A DNA stretch of 64,000 bases from the human T2T-CHM13v2.0 reference genome, Homo sapiens. The notes under the pieces were generated by a model that saw nothing but the letters and a program-made list of their open reading frames with translations, made no database searches and was not told the DNA's origin. Shown one piece after another: positions 48,387 through 63,668 of this stretch (positions are counted from its first letter, which is position 1; each line of letters begins with the position of its first letter). The stretch is from assembly GCF_009914755.1 (NCBI RefSeq), contig NC_060930.1. The stretch is one strand, 5' to 3'. Both the position numbers and the translations under genes were made by a program.

Positions 48387-48689
48387 TAAAATTATAAAGG
48401 TATTTTTCTATGTGACCATTTAGAAAATGAATAGTTTTAGCTTCTATATTAATTAAGTCTGTGATCCTTATTGAGTTAATTTTTGAGTGTAGTATAAAGT
48501 GAGTGTTAATGATCATTCTTTTTCTATACAGATATATAGTTTTTAGTGTGATTTATTGAAAAGACATTATTTTCCCCCATTGATTTGCCTTAGCACCTTG
48601 TCAATATATGGGCTTACTATTCTTTTTCATTGATCTATGTGTTTATTTTTAACTAATACCATACCATACTGATTTCAGCAACTTTATAA

Positions 48690-48983
<294 letters not shown>

Positions 48984-50454
48984 CTTTATAACAATTCTTG
49001 AAGTCAGGTAGTTTAATGCCTCTAATCTTTTGATTTTCTAGGCTTTGATTTTCCAAGTCTTCTGCATTTCCATATACACTTTAGAATTAGCTTGTTAATT
49101 CGTACTAAAAAGAAGCATGCTGGCATTTTTATTAGGATTGCATCAAATCTATAGATCATTTCTGAGAAAATAGAAGTCTTAATATTGAGTCATTTAATTC
49201 ATAAACACAACATAGCTTCCCATTTTTTAGGTCTTTAATTTCTTTCAGTAACGTTACATGGCTTTCAGTGAGGCAGTCTTGTTCCTTTATTAAATTTATT
49301 ACTAATTATTCACATTTTAAGTTTTGAATACAAAAATTACACTTCATGCTCCTTAAATTGTTTCAAATGTTGTAGAAATAACATTAAAATAAGAATTTCC
49401 TCTTTAATAGTGATTCCTAGAGGTTATCACTATTTTAATTTTGATATATATATATAGACAAAATTGCATATATTATTTCTTTTTTCCTTTTATTATGTGG
49501 TTGGATCTCAAGTGCAGAAGGTTGAGTTCATTACATTTATCAGTTCATGGCACCCTGTCCTCATTAATATGTGCACGATCTCTCTCATCTTACTTTATTT
49601 AAAACATTTCTTTCCTGTCTGTTTCTACTACCATTCCCCCTAAGGAAAACAATTATTATAAGTTTCATGTGTAACATTTTATGGGCTCTTAATTTCTATT
49701 AGTATTGTTGTTTTAGGATATTTTATTCTATAAAATAGTATTACATTATAATCTTATTCAGTTTCTTACTTTTTTTCACTCAGCACACTACTTTTAAGAG
49801 CTATCACGTTACAATGTCTACATCTAGCCCACTTTTTCTAAAAACTGCATTTTTTTGATGTTGTACATCCTCAACCTTCGCAAATCTGCTCTCCCGTTGA
49901 TGGACATCTGGGTTGCTTCTAATTCCCCATTACCATAAATTATGCCAAACAACTGTTGTTATGGACCTGTGTAAGGATTTATTTAGGATATATACCTGGA
50001 AGCAAAATTGCTCAGGTCCAATATATGAGAGACTTAATTTGAATTTTTATACCCAGAATGTGCTCCAGAATGCTTCCATGAGGCTACACTCCTACCAGCG
50101 GGGCAGACGTGTTCCTGTCATTTCCTCACCTGTCCCAATTCTTGGCACTACCCTGCTTTCTAATACTTACTACTCAAATAGAATACAATGTTACCTCACT
50201 TTTAAACTTTGGAGAAATTTTAAACCTGTAAAAAATTTGTAAAAACAATACAGAGGCTTCTCTTTTTATCCCTCACCTTGTTTCCCTAATGTTACTATCT
50301 TAACAAAATCATAACACTTCTCTCTTTATAAAATAGCCTAAATAGCTTGAGGTGTTTTTTTATTTTTGTTTTTTCGCTTTTAACTTTTTGGAACACTTTT
50401 TGCTCATATCTCTCGATCTGCTTTCTTATGCCTGTGCTAGCGTATAATAAAACT

Positions 50455-50705
50455 ATAATAATAATAATGACATGTAATAAGTACTACTTATGCCAAGGAT
50501 TATTCTAGGCTTCAAAGGTATTATTGTGTTCAACATTTACAATAAATCTTGTGAGGCAAATAATATTGATATTCCTATTTTAAAGATAAGGAAATTAAGG
50601 CACAGGTCACTAATCAACTTATCTACAGTCACTAGCAAACTACTAGCTAACCTGGGACTCAAACTCAAGGCAGTTTGGCCCCCAAGTTTTCATTCTTTAC
50701 CACTA
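50455..50705 (-). mobile_element. MIR
   Basis: TATTTTAAAGATAAGGAAATTAAGGCACAG...GGGACTCAAACTCAAGGCAGTTTGG. Confidence 0.75.
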
Positions 50706-50818
50706 TGGTATTTTAAGGAAAAATTCGATATTATTTTATGAATATAGTTTTGCTTCTCTTTTTTTCAGTTGCAAAAGACCTAACGCATCTGATATATCAA
50801 AATATATCAGTCAACCAT

Positions 50819-51320
50819 TATGCAGAAAAGGGTTAACTTTTCATGTCTGTGTTGCAGAACCCTGTATATTCCCAAGAAAGGCCTATATTCAGGACTGGCC
50901 CTTGGCAGGCTCCTGGAAGAGGAGCTCTAAGTTCTTTGAATATCCTGCCTAATAAAATGTTTTTTTTAAAATAATTTGTTTTATTGGGTCACAATATAAA
51001 TTTGATCAGATAGATTATGCTAACAAGGTGATTTATGGTGCCTATTTTTGCTCTGGTGGGCTGGGGTCTGAGTAGCTGAGGTCAGTTACACAGGTGCCGT
51101 ATGCCTACCTGACTGATCCCCCATAAAAACCTTCTACATCAAACTTGAGTGAACTTCCTGGTTGGCATTATTCTGCATGTGTTATCGTACCATTGATGGC
51201 ACAATTAAGCACATCAATGTAACTCACTGGAAGAAAACACCTGGAAGCTTATTCCTGGTTTCTCCTAGACTCCCGGCACCTCATGCACTTTTTCCCTTTG
51301 TTCATTTTTAATATGATAAC
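50819..51320 (+). mobile_element. MER77-like ERVL LTR
   Basis: TGCAGAAAAGGGTTAAC...GACTGGCCCTTGG-GGCTCCTGG...GAATATCCTGCCT...CCCCCATAAAAACC...CTTCCTGGTTGGCA. Confidence 0.65.
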
Positions 51321-51579
51321 TTTTCAATACTAACAGGGACACAAATATGCACATAACACATTATGCCATGTCTTATATCTTTCTTGAGTTGACGTTCTAT
51401 GAGATATATTATCACATCAACACATGAGTTAAAATTGTCCTATTATCCATACCTTTCAATGCTGTCCATGTTGTTAAATTATAGCAGCTTTCTATTTTGA
51501 TTTATAAATGGACAGGAATATATCAGTAAGACACTACCAGAGTAGTGCAGTGAATATGCATGCATTCTTACATGTTTAC

Positions 51580-51690
51580 AGAGAGAGATAGGAAAATAAA
51601 AGGAAAGGAATGGGATGGAAAGAAAAGGAAAGAAATAAATAAATGAAAGAAAAGAAAATGAAAGAATAAGAAAGGAAAGGGAAGGAATGC
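51580..51690. repeat. GA-rich low-complexity tract
   Basis: GAAAG/GGAAA units. Confidence 0.8.
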
Positions 51691-52697
51691 CAGCCTTTCC
51701 CTAAAGACACATGACACAACTTGAGACCAAAAGTCATAGCATTATAAACAGAATCCCTACGTTTATAACTCTTTCTGTTTGATTTTTACCCTCAGAAGGA
51801 AGATTACAAAAAACAATGCAACTGAAATTCATACTTCATAATAATGGTTAAAGCAATAACCATTAATAGTTCATAAGATTTGAGTCCAATAACTTTTAAA
51901 GGCATAATTCTTTATGAGCGTATTTTATTTCCCTTTATGCGCAGCTCTAGGCTCCTTTTCCTACTTCCCTGTTTCTAAAAGGTATCCACTATACATTTCT
52001 GAAAAATTATGTTTTTGCCTTTGACATCTAAAGCTTCCTGATATAATGTGAAATCATTCTTCAAAGTAGGTTTAGCAATTTACACCCTTACCAACCTTGT
52101 ATATGAGCTCTCAGAGCTTTACATACTTATCCAACGAGTTACTACTCTAAGGATACTGACAGATACAGCACACTCTACTTTTAATTTGCTTTTTCTATCT
52201 TATTAGACATTTTTGTTTGTGTGTTTACTAGGCATTTGGATTTGTTTGCAGACTTTTGCTCATTTTCATTTTGGCCATTTTCTTTTTCTTATTTTTAAGG
52301 GAATTATGTGTCTCTTTAGAATACTAAACTGTGCCACTTAATAGAAGTGGCAGATATCCCTTTCCCTTCTGTAGCCTGATTTTTCATTCATTCTGTGGTT
52401 TCCTTTGATGTGAAGATGCTCTAATTTTAGATTGCAGAATTATTAAAATAAGTCTTTCTCTCTATGCTAAAGTCTTTTTTAGTTCTTTTGTTAAGGAATG
52501 TTTTCCACTCCCAAGGACATAAAGATAATCACTTTATAGGTACTTTAAAAAGTTTTAAAGTTTTGACTTTAATATTTCAATCTTTAATCCACCTGAAACT
52601 CATTTTTAGATACACTCATAGTGAGAAATATTTCAATCTATCTTTCTTTTCTTAATGTGGAAAACCAATTGCCCCAGTGCCATTTACTGACTTGCAA

Positions 52698-52745
52698 TGT
52701 GTGTGTGTGTGTGTATGTATATATATATATATACATACACACACA
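52698..52745. repeat. Compound (TG)n(TA)n(CA)n microsatellite
   Basis: Direct reading; quasi-palindromic. Confidence 0.9.
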
Positions 52746-53218
52746 GATCTCTTTGGTGTCCTCTCTTTTTGTCCACTCATCTACCTGTCTGTTCCTGTGC
52801 TAACACTGTACTGTCTTATTTCCTATACATTGTAAATCTTGCTATTAGAACAAATCTCTGAATTTTATTCCTGTTTTTTTTACTTTTTTTTGTTATCTTG
52901 CACTCTTCCCTCTTTGCATAAATGTGAGAATTGGTGCAATAAATTTTTTTATAAATTAAAAGTATCTTTTAATTAAAATTTCATTGACTCTATATGTTAG
53001 CAAAAAAATAAAGTTACTAAAGATAACTCCTCAACCATTATCAAGGTAAATATCCATGTTTATTTAGATCTTCTCTAATGTATTTCAGTAAAGTTTTATA
53101 ATATTCTGTGTAAAGCTTTTCTATGTTCTATTAGATTTACATCTGGACATTATTACTTTGGTAGTTATCAAAATTATGTTTTCCAAACTACATTTTACTC
53201 TTTGTTGCTGGTATATAG

Positions 53219-53599
<381 letters not shown>

Positions 53600-53799
53600 A
53601 GGGATTTTTTTAAGTAGGGAAATATAGCTCCTATAATTAAGGAAAGTTTTTAAACTTCCATTCTAGTTGCTATGAATTTTCTTTATCTTAATGCACCAGC
53701 TAAAACAATCAAAACAGTGTGGAATTAAAGTGATAACAAGTGGCAGTCATGTCTTGTTCTCACTGAGTACATGTTTTGACCTAGGTTTTAGATGGACAA

Positions 53800-54230
53800 C
53801 TGTTTCATTTATCTATTTTTGTATAAGGAGACATCCCAAAACAGTGACTTCAAACAATAACTATTTAACTTATTTACTTTAGCAGAGCTTGGTAAAGACA
53901 GCTTGCCACTGTTCCAATAAAGTTAGTATTAGGTTTTACCTAGAAGTCTAGCTAGAGCTGTTGGCTGGTCCTCCATATGGTTCTCCATATGACCTTTCTA
54001 CATGGCTAGGTTGGGCTCCTCACAAAATGATGGCTAGGTTCCAAGGATAATCTGAAGAACCGGTGTTTGAAGAATATAAGCCACAGGTACAACCATTTAT
54101 CAAGCCTCTGCTTAGATCTGTCACATTGGTCAAACTTATCACATGGCCAACTGTGGAGTAAGTCATTGTGAAACAAACGTGAGTACTGGGGGCATGGTTC
54201 CTTGAGCCCACTAAAGTACTGATCTACCCC
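53800..54230 (-). mobile_element. Old MLT1 (J/K/L-type) LTR
   Basis: CCCAAAACAGTGACTTCAAACAATAACTATTTA...TGGGCTCCTCACAAAATGATGGCTAGGTTCCAAG. Confidence 0.6.
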
Positions 54231-54359
54231 AGGAGCCTTTATTAAATTGACAAAGTCCCTTCTTATTTCAGGTCTGCTAAACTTTTCATCATAAATATAT
54301 GCTGACTTGTATGCAATGTTTCTTTTTCCTATGTCTATTAAGACCATCATACAGTTTTA

Positions 54360-54750
54360 ATTCTTTTATTCATCATTTATTCATGTGAATTTATTGGAAC
54401 TCCAACTGAAAATCCAGTAGTGATGAATTAGACAAAGTTTTCATATTCATGAAGTGCAATCTATAGTGGTAGAGAAACCACTAACAAATAAACATGTAAG
54501 CATGAACCGGGTTAGATGGCAACACACATTACAGAGCTAAAGAAAGCAAGGCAAGTGACATAGTGCAGGAAACAAACTATTTCATATTGTAAAGTTTTCA
54601 CTAATAGCACCACATGTAAAAATAAAGCTTAAATACAGTTAGCTAATTGAGTATCTGAGGAAAAACATTCCAAGCAGAGAAACCAATGCAAAGTCCAGAG
54701 ATAGGAGCATTCTTAGAATGTATAATTAATAGCAAGGAAGCCAGTATATT
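54360..54750 (-). mobile_element. L2 fragment
   Basis: ATTTATTCATGTGAATTTATTG...AACATTCCAAGCAGAG...GCAAGGAAGCCAGT. Confidence 0.55.
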
Positions 54751-55149
54751 TTTTAAATTGTTCTTCATCATTACTAAATTATATTCACTATTTTTTCAAA
54801 CCTATTGGCATAACGTTTCATAATTTATTCTTTTATCTTATCTTATTTTTGTGGTTACCTGAAGTTACATTTCCTTTCAATCCCTAATATTATTAATTTG
54901 TGCATTATCAGCTATTATTCTTAAAAGATTTTGCCAGAAATTTGACATTTAATATCTTTCCCTCTATTGTTCTTAATTTCAATAACTCTTGCTCTTATCA
55001 TAACACTGTATCATTTCTTCCACTTATTTTGAAATTTTTCCATTTGTATTTGTAATTTTTCACATTAGAGACTTAGCTAGTTAACATTTATTTTTTTCTT
55101 TTTTAATGTAAGTATTTATGGCTAAAATTATCATTAAAATCAGTTTAGC

Positions 55150-57000
55150 ATATTTGTCATAAATTTGGTGATGTTTATATGTGATGTGATTCTTGATACT
55201 TGATTCTATGCCATAGTTCTAGTTAGTTATCATAGCTTTGTAAGTTTTGATATCCAGTGGTGTGACTTCTCCAACTTGGTTTTTCTTCATGTCATTGTGG
55301 CTTTTGGTTGCATGCATTTAGATATTAATAGAATCATTTTGTGAATTTCCATAAAGCCAAAAACCTGCTTGCATTTTACTGAGAATCACAATGAATTTAA
55401 ACATAAATTTGGGAAGAATTGACTTCTTAGCAATATTGAAACTTCCACTTTATAAAAATGTAATATTCCTTGATTTATTTGTCTATTTAAAATTTTTTTA
55501 GTAATCGTTTGTAGTTTTCAATGTAGAGATTTTGCCAATATTTAATTAAATTTGTTCCTAAATATTGGGAGGCTTTTGATGCTACTAAAATTTTATGGCC
55601 TTTGTATTTTATTTAGTTTACTATTTAATTCTAATAGTTTAGGTATATTTCCTTTCCAGATCTTTATGTACCCAACCACATCATCTATTTTCAAATTTTA
55701 TACCTTCTTTGTCATTTTCCTGGCTCTATTGGGCTACTGAGAAGAAATATTGACAGTAGTCATTCTTATCTTATTTCTTAACCTATAGTGGAAATTTAAA
55801 GTATTTCATCAAGTATGATATATACTGTAGCTTTTATGTAGAGTCTTTTCTTCAGATCAAACATTCCCTTTTCATCTGAGTATGCTCAGTAATTCAGCGA
55901 TTTTATCTTTAGTAAATGTTAAATTTTTTCAAATGTTTTGCTGTATCTATTGGAATGGTTAAAGTTATTTTTCGTCTGTGTGTATGTCTGTGTGTGTGTG
56001 TGTATAATGTCTTCGTTTAATTTTGTTATCAAGTTGATACTGGCCTCATAAGACAAATTGGAAGTGTTTCTTCTTCCCTATTTCCTGGACAATTTTGTGT
56101 AATAAAATTTTATCTATCTATTTATTTATTTATTTTTAAACATTTTATTTTGACATAATTTCAAGGTTACATAGAGATTATCAGAATAGAACAAATAATA
56201 CTCATATATCCTTTACCCAGATTCACAAATTATTAACATTTTTGCCCTAGTTGCTTTATCATTTACTCTTTTAATAAACATTTTTTTAACCTTTTGAACA
56301 ATGTGTATTTCCTAAGAACAGACATTCTCTTGCATAACTAGTAAAATGACCAATAATAAAAAAATACCATTCATACAATAATATTATGTCATCCAGAGTC
56401 AATATTCAAATTTAATCCATTATCCAAATGATATCCTATATTGATTTTATTTCCTAGTCTAAAATTCAACTCAGGAATAAAAATTTCACTTAGTGGTCAT
56501 GTCCTTTGAGGGTCTTTTAATCTGGATTAGCTCCTCAGTCTTTTCTCTTATAACGTTGGCAGCTTGGAGTTCCTGTTATTTTGTAGAATGTCACTCAGTT
56601 TGGGTCTGTCTGATATTTCCTCTGATTAGATCTAGGTCATAAATGTCATATAGGAAAATAGACATGAGATTGTCTTCTCAGCACATTACATCGGAAGGCA
56701 CATGTTGATCTGTCCCATTACTGGTGATATTAGCTATAATCAGTTGGCTAAGATGGTTCTGCCAGGTTTCTCCATTATAAATTTACTATTTTCCCCTTAG
56801 TAATTTATAAGTAATTTGTGGAGAGGTACTTTGACAATACATAAATATTCTTTATTCCCCAAACTTTGACCTACTCATTTAAGTATTCACTGATAATTTT
56901 TGCTTAAATTTTTGCTTATAATTTTTATTATAATTGTAGCAAAATGGTGATTTTCTAAGTCTACCATCTCTTTCACATTTATTAGTTGATGTGCTACTTA
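55150..57000 (-). mobile_element. L1M ORF2 remnant followed by an L1MC-type 3' end
   Basis: AATTTGGGAAGAATTGAC...; CCTTTACCCAGATTCAC...TTTTGTAGAATGTCACTCAGTTTGGG...TCTGCCAGGTTTCTCCATTATAAA. Confidence 0.65.
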
Positions 57001-57029
57001 AAGATATTAAATCCCCTTCTATTAAACAA

Positions 57030-58708
57030 TTTTTTTAATTTATTTTTTATTTCAATAGGTTTTTGGGGAACAGATGGTGTTTGGTTACATGAATAAGGTC
57101 TTTAGTGGTGATTTTTGAGATTTTGGTAAACTCATCACCCAAGCAGTGTACACTGTACCCAATATGTAGTCTTTTATCCCTCACCCTGCTCCCACCCTTT
57201 CCCCTGAGTCCTCAAAATCCATTCTGTCATTCTTAGGCCTTTGCATCCTCATAGCTTAGCTCCCACTTATGAATGAGAACATGTGATGTTTGGTTTTCCA
57301 TTCCTGAGTTACTGCACTTAGAATAATGGTCTCCAATTCCATCTCAGTTGCTGTGAATGCCATTATTTTGTTCCTTTTAATGGCTGAATAGTACTCCATG
57401 GTGTATACGTATACATCTCCCATATGTTCTTTATCCACTCATTGATTGATGGGCATTTGGACTGGTTACATATTTTTGCAGTTGCAAATTGTGCTGCTAT
57501 AAACATGTGTGTGCAAGGAATCTTTTTCATATAATGACTTCTTTTCCTCTGGATAGATACCTAGTAGTGGGATTGCTGGATCAACTGGTAGTTCTACCTT
57601 TAGTTCTTTAAGGAATCTCCACATTGTTTTCCATAATGGTTATACTAGTTTACATTCCCACCAACAGTGTAAAAGTGTTCCCTTTTCACCACATCCACGC
57701 CAACATCTATTATTTTTTGAATTTTTGATTATGGCCATTCTTGCAAGAGTAACGTGGTATCACACTGTGGTTTTGATTTACATTTCCCTGATCATTAGTG
57801 ATGTTGAGCATTTTTCCATATGCTTGTCGGCCATTTGTATATCTTCTTTTGAGAGTTGTCTATTCCTGTCCTTAGCCCAATTTTTGATAGGATTCTTTGT
57901 TTTCTTCTTGCTGATTTGTTTGGGTTCTTCGTAGATTCTGGATATTAGTCCTTTGTCAGATGTATAGATTGTGAATATTTTCTCCCACTCTGTAAGTTGT
58001 CTGTTAACTCTGCTGATTATTTCATTTGCTGTGCAGAAGCTTTTTAGTCCTATCTATTTATCCTTGTTTTTGTTGCATTTGCTTTTGGGTTCTTGGTCAT
58101 GAAATCGTTGCCTAAGCCAATATCTAGAAGGGTTTTTCTGATGTCATGAGTTTTTATGGTTTCAGGTCTTAGATTTAAGTATTTGACTCATTTTCAGTTG
58201 ATTTTTGTATAAGGTGAGAGATGATGATCCAGTTTCATTCTCCTATATGTGGCTTGCCAATTATCCCAGCACCATTTGTTGAACAGGGTGTCCTTTCCCC
58301 ACTTCCTGTTTTTCTTTGCTTTGTCAAAGATCAGTTGGCTGTTAAGTATTTGGTTTTATTTTTGGGTTATTTATTCTGTTCCATTAGTCTATGTGCCTAT
58401 TTTTAGACCAGTACTGTGCTGTTTTGGTGACTATGGCCTTACAGTATAGTTTGAAGTTGGATAATGTGATGCCTCCAGATTTGTTCTGTTTGCTGAGTCT
58501 TGCTTTGAATATGCAGGCTCTTTTTAGGTTCCATATCAATTTTAAAATTGTTTTTCTAATTCTGTGAAGAATGGTGGGGGTATTTTGATGGGAATTGCAT
58601 TGAATCTGTAGATTGCTTTTGGCAGTATGGTCATTTTCAAAATATTGATTCTACCCATCCATGAGCATAGGATGTGTTCCCATTTGTTTGTCTTGTCTAT
58701 GATTTCTT
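57030..58708 (-). mobile_element. 5'-truncated L1PB
   Basis: L1PB-type 3'UTR (TTTCAATAGGTTTTTGGGGAACAG...TTTAGTGGTGATTT) plus an ORF2 remnant ([23 protein letters not shown]). Confidence 0.88.
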
Positions 58709-58749
58709 TGTAATAAAATTTTAAACAAAACATTAATGGACATAATATG

Positions 58750-58915
58750 TAGCACCATTAAGTGTCCATTTTTGAGTCACTCTGCTAAGCACTTTACAGA
58801 ATTATTTATTCAATATGCTCATTTTACAGATGCAGAAAGATTAAGCGACTAAAGTCACCTCACAAAGGATAAATGGTAGCACTAGAATTAAACCCAAGCA
58901 ATCTGACTGTAGTTG
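58750..58915 (-). mobile_element. MIR fragment
   Basis: CTCATTTTACAGATGCAGAAA...GAATTAAACCCAAGCAATCTGACT. Confidence 0.7.
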
Positions 58916-59879
58916 TTATGTACTTATATATGATACAGTATGCCTTCTATTATTAAGTATAAAAAATAACAAATGATAAATTCCTCATGTTGGCTAGACT
59001 GAGGGAGAACAATACTGGAAGCAATATAATATTTTACAATAATTTTAGAGAGGAATTTATCAATATTTAAATGCATACAGTTTTAGAAATAAACTTAAAC
59101 TGAATAATCTTATATTCTTTAATTTTAAGGAAAAAACCAACTGCAGAAAATGCAATATTTATAAATACGCTTATGCTATCACTTAGTTGTTATGTTATTC
59201 ATAATTAAGAAAAAATATTAATAGAGCTATTTAACCTGGTTTGTTGAATGTGATAATGATTACAGAAAACATTGACTAATGCTGCTTATAATAATGAAAA
59301 ACTGGAAAAGTGACTGGTATACAATAGGCAATCAATAAATATTTGTTAAATAAATAAAGAAAATTTTTCTGCAAATTGTGAATTGTTATCTGAGCAGAAT
59401 GCTATGTAGCCTTTAAAAAAATAATGTATATCCACATAGCTTCAGAGGAATTTTTGTAACAATTATATTATTATTAAAAATACTAAAATGTGTATACAAG
59501 ATGGTGAGACAACTCCAAAATATAAAACAACATTATGGACTTACCTTTATTTCTAAGTACTTACAAAGTTGTTGCAAAAATTTTAATATACATATTAATG
59601 GATTTAGCTATCATATGAGATTTGCAGATATTGTTGCTAGATTTGTTTTTGAATATTTCAGTAGATATTTCTGATTGTTAGAGATCATAATTTATGACCA
59701 AAATAGCTGTTCTAAATCTAATTTTGACACAAAGGCTCAAATTTGTAGCATAAAAAAATGTTAAGTACTGACTTCTAGTTTTCCAGGAGGTCTGGCATTA
59801 GAGATCCATTAATTTTTAAAGGGTTAAATGTTCCTGTTTCTTTTTTGGAAATATGTGATTTAGAGTGCATTGATTCTCC

Positions 59880-60060
59880 AAGTTTGGCTCTTGGACTAGC
59901 AGCAGCAGTACCTGGGTGCTTGTTAGGCATTCAAATTCATGAGTGCCATTCCAGACCTACTGAATCAGAATTCATGAGTTTGAGGCTTAGACTTAGGTCC
60001 TTATGTTTTAACAAGATCTTCAGGCAACTCAAATGTCTGCTAAAATTTGAGAACCAATGC
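59880..60060. mobile_element. MER5A hAT-Charlie element
   Basis: CCAGACCTACTGAATCAGAA...TGTTTTAACAAG...AATTTGAGAACCA. Confidence 0.8.
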
Positions 60061-61930
60061 TAAGGATGACAAAACCCCATAACTTACTAAACTATTTCCC
60101 TTCTATATGAAAATTTTAAGGGCTCCAAATTCCAGGTGTTAGAAGAGTACGAAATTGAAATATTTTTATCATATAGTCCAGACTTCCAGTATGAAAGACG
60201 TAAAATAAAAAAAGTCCTGAATCTTCTAAGGAAACAATATGTTTAAAAGTATCTGAGAGTAGATTTGAGAGTTTTAAAAAAAACTGTTTTTAAAGACGTA
60301 AAGTAGAGCTATGAGCTCACCAAAGTCCACTGAAGTTCGCCAAAGAGCTGAGTTACTTCAGCTCTCATGAGACCAGTAATTTTTGCTTGACGAAGGTATT
60401 TGGCAAGAAAATAATTCCACAATAACACATTTAAAGATACCTAGAACATTGAAAAAAATTCTCAAATTAAGATAATATAGCTTAATTCCCAAGAACTTAT
60501 TTCATCTCTTTTGTTACTAATCTAGAAGGTCAGGAGTGTGGTAAAGGCAGTGTCTGATAAGGTTATGAGCTTCCAAAGAGTTTCTACATTTTTAGTGCAG
60601 ACACTCTCCCTTTGGGGGCAAAGTACGGTTTCTCCCATCCCTATTAAAAAGAAAACAGTTAAACTAAGTTATCAGAATGAGATATTTTGACTCTTAACAA
60701 TTTACACTCAAGGCTTTATGCTGAGTTGTCTTGTTCTAATCAAGCATGAAGGTGTCAAGCACAAAGCACGTGGCAAACGAAAGACACTCCCGCCTCATTC
60801 TGAAAACAAATACTGATAACCAACCCCACCCTCTTACCATTTCAGGCCAACCCATCTTATGATACTGGGACCAACTTGAAATAATTTAGAGGTATATTTA
60901 GGTTTCCCTCTCCCTTACTTCAGTAAAAGATCATTTTAGAATAACTTTATTCCTTTCCTAAGGGAAAGACAAAAAAGTTTCCATCCCGTCAGAACATACG
61001 GGGAGAGAAAACACACAGGCCCAGAGGTGGGAAGGTGTGTGACAGTCCATAACCCATTACACAACGATGCAACCAAAGGCTAAACCATGAGTTGAATATA
61101 GTTTTAATATTAAAAATAGGAACTAGTTATCATCCAAATGAACCACTGGAAAAAATATTACCATTACTTTAAAAAATACATTCCAATATTGGAAATAATC
61201 TGAAAACACTTTCCAGTAGTAACAATCCTCCTTAATATGAGGGACAAAAAAAAAGACCAGGCTTTGACCAAGTCCTTAGAGCATATTTCCATTTCATGAT
61301 TTATATTCAAGAACCAAGCAACAAGCTGGACAGCTGCCTCTGTAACACTGTGTCCAATAGTGGTGTCCCAGATAGTTTAAGTGCCACTCGTCATTAGATG
61401 TTATACTTCAGCAATACTTCCAATTTTAAGTCTGTACTTTAAGAGGGACCCACAGGAACTCAGCACCAGGCAGAGCAGTGTAAGACTGGAAAAGAAGACT
61501 GAACTTTTGATTGGTCACTCACATGTTTTTTAGCGAGATACAGAATTACATTTACACTCTTTCCTTGCATTTCTTCTATATTAATGATCCCTCTTGCAGG
61601 AGGTGTAGGAGAAAGAATGCTGCGTCAGTACAAGAACAAGACTTTTTGGTCAAAAGTTGATACCGTTTAAATTCCCTCTCCCAGCGCTTCATGCAAAAAA
61701 AAAAAAAGGTTACTTCCTGAATTAAGGTTTGTATTTAGTAACCAACATTGACTGGACAGAACATACGTGACTTGGATTCCAAATAAATGAGATTGCTCTT
61801 TTTTGGGTTTGTACTGTGCAGCTCTTGCCACAGTTGTTGAAGAGTTAGGGCTGTGTCTGATCAGGAGGCATCTGTAGGATTTTGATCTCCAAGGAATTGT
61901 GGGTGAGTCACATACACCTGGTGTATTACA

Positions 61931-62078
61931 GGTGGGCACCTGTAATCCCAGCTACTTGGGAGACTGAGACAGGGAGAATCTCTTGAACCCGGGAGGCGGA
62001 GGTTGCACTGAGCCAAGATCATGCCATTGCATTCCAGCCTGGGTGACACAGTGAGACTCTGTCTTGGGAAAAAAAATA
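61931..62078 (+). mobile_element. 5'-truncated Alu right arm
   Basis: GGTGGGCACCTGTAATCCCAGCTACTTGGGAG...GAGACTCTGTCT plus a short A tail. Confidence 0.9.
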
Positions 62079-63321
62079 GAAGTGGGCAGAGTCAAAAAAG
62101 CAACTTCAAATAATTAATCCCTTTGTCCATATGAGTTAAATACAAACGTGTATATTTTAGGTTTTTAAAAATCAATGCAATATGGGAATCAATTTTTTAA
62201 AAATTATTTTTTGCTTTTTTTTCTCCTCCCAGATGCCTTCTGATTGACCTAGTACACTGGGTTAAAAGGGAATTCAAAAACATTAAAAAAAAGTTCACTG
62301 GTTTTGATTCATCTCAGTCTTTTGGCCTGGAGATTAGGCCAAACATCAAGCATGTTGGGAGGGCAACAATTTAAAGCAACATTATTGACTGTAAAGCATT
62401 TGCCAGGAATTTACAGTACAAAATGACAGATAACAATTATTGTCATAACACAAGAGAATGGCAAGCAGCTTTGTGTGGTATGAAAGTTAAACAGTTCTCA
62501 GGGGTTGTCCATTCCTGCAAAAGTTTATGTATCAAGGTGGGCAGAAGGCAATACATTTACACACTACAGATGATCCATAGAAAATTAAGCTCCAGAACTC
62601 CTAACATCACCAAAGCTGGTACTGGCTAATACTATGAAATGCGAATCTGTGCTTTATGCATGTACTGCTCAACAATACTACCACTCAACAGAATCCCCAC
62701 ACTGCAAGGTAGATGCATGGTAGATTAATCTTTGCCCTCTTTTGGAGAGCTTGAAAAATTCCTTAAACTTTTAGAAAGGGTGAAGAAGCAAAATAAAAGA
62801 GCTTCTCAAAAAAAAAAAATCTTGAATTATCAATTTTTGACGCTTCGTTGCTCTCTCTGGTAAGCCTCCTCCAGGGGTACTAGATGAGACAGCGTGGGAG
62901 CAAACAGGACATCCCAGATTTCTGTGTCCCTTTCCTAACCAAGGGTACCATAGAAACCTGCTCTCTACAGCAAGAGGCCAAAGTGCTTTCTAGAATTTAG
63001 TGCTGAGTAAACTGAGCCCCTTCATCTTTAGCTGCTCCCATAATCACTCTAATCCCCTTAATCCCATCAACCTTTATCATATATATGTATATATACATAT
63101 ACACTTATTTACAAGGTTGATAAAAGTATACACACTCAATTTTCAACGCAACACACTCTGCCACAAAAGAAATAGGGTCAAGGTTCTGACATGTCTACAA
63201 GTCAAGTGCCATATTGTTACTGGAGACGTATGTAAACCAGTCTTTAGTGTTTGCTATAGAGCACAAAGGCTTGTCATAAGGCTCCTCCAATGATAGACTG
63301 CTTTTCCTTTGGGAGCATTGA

Positions 63322-63668
<347 letters not shown>

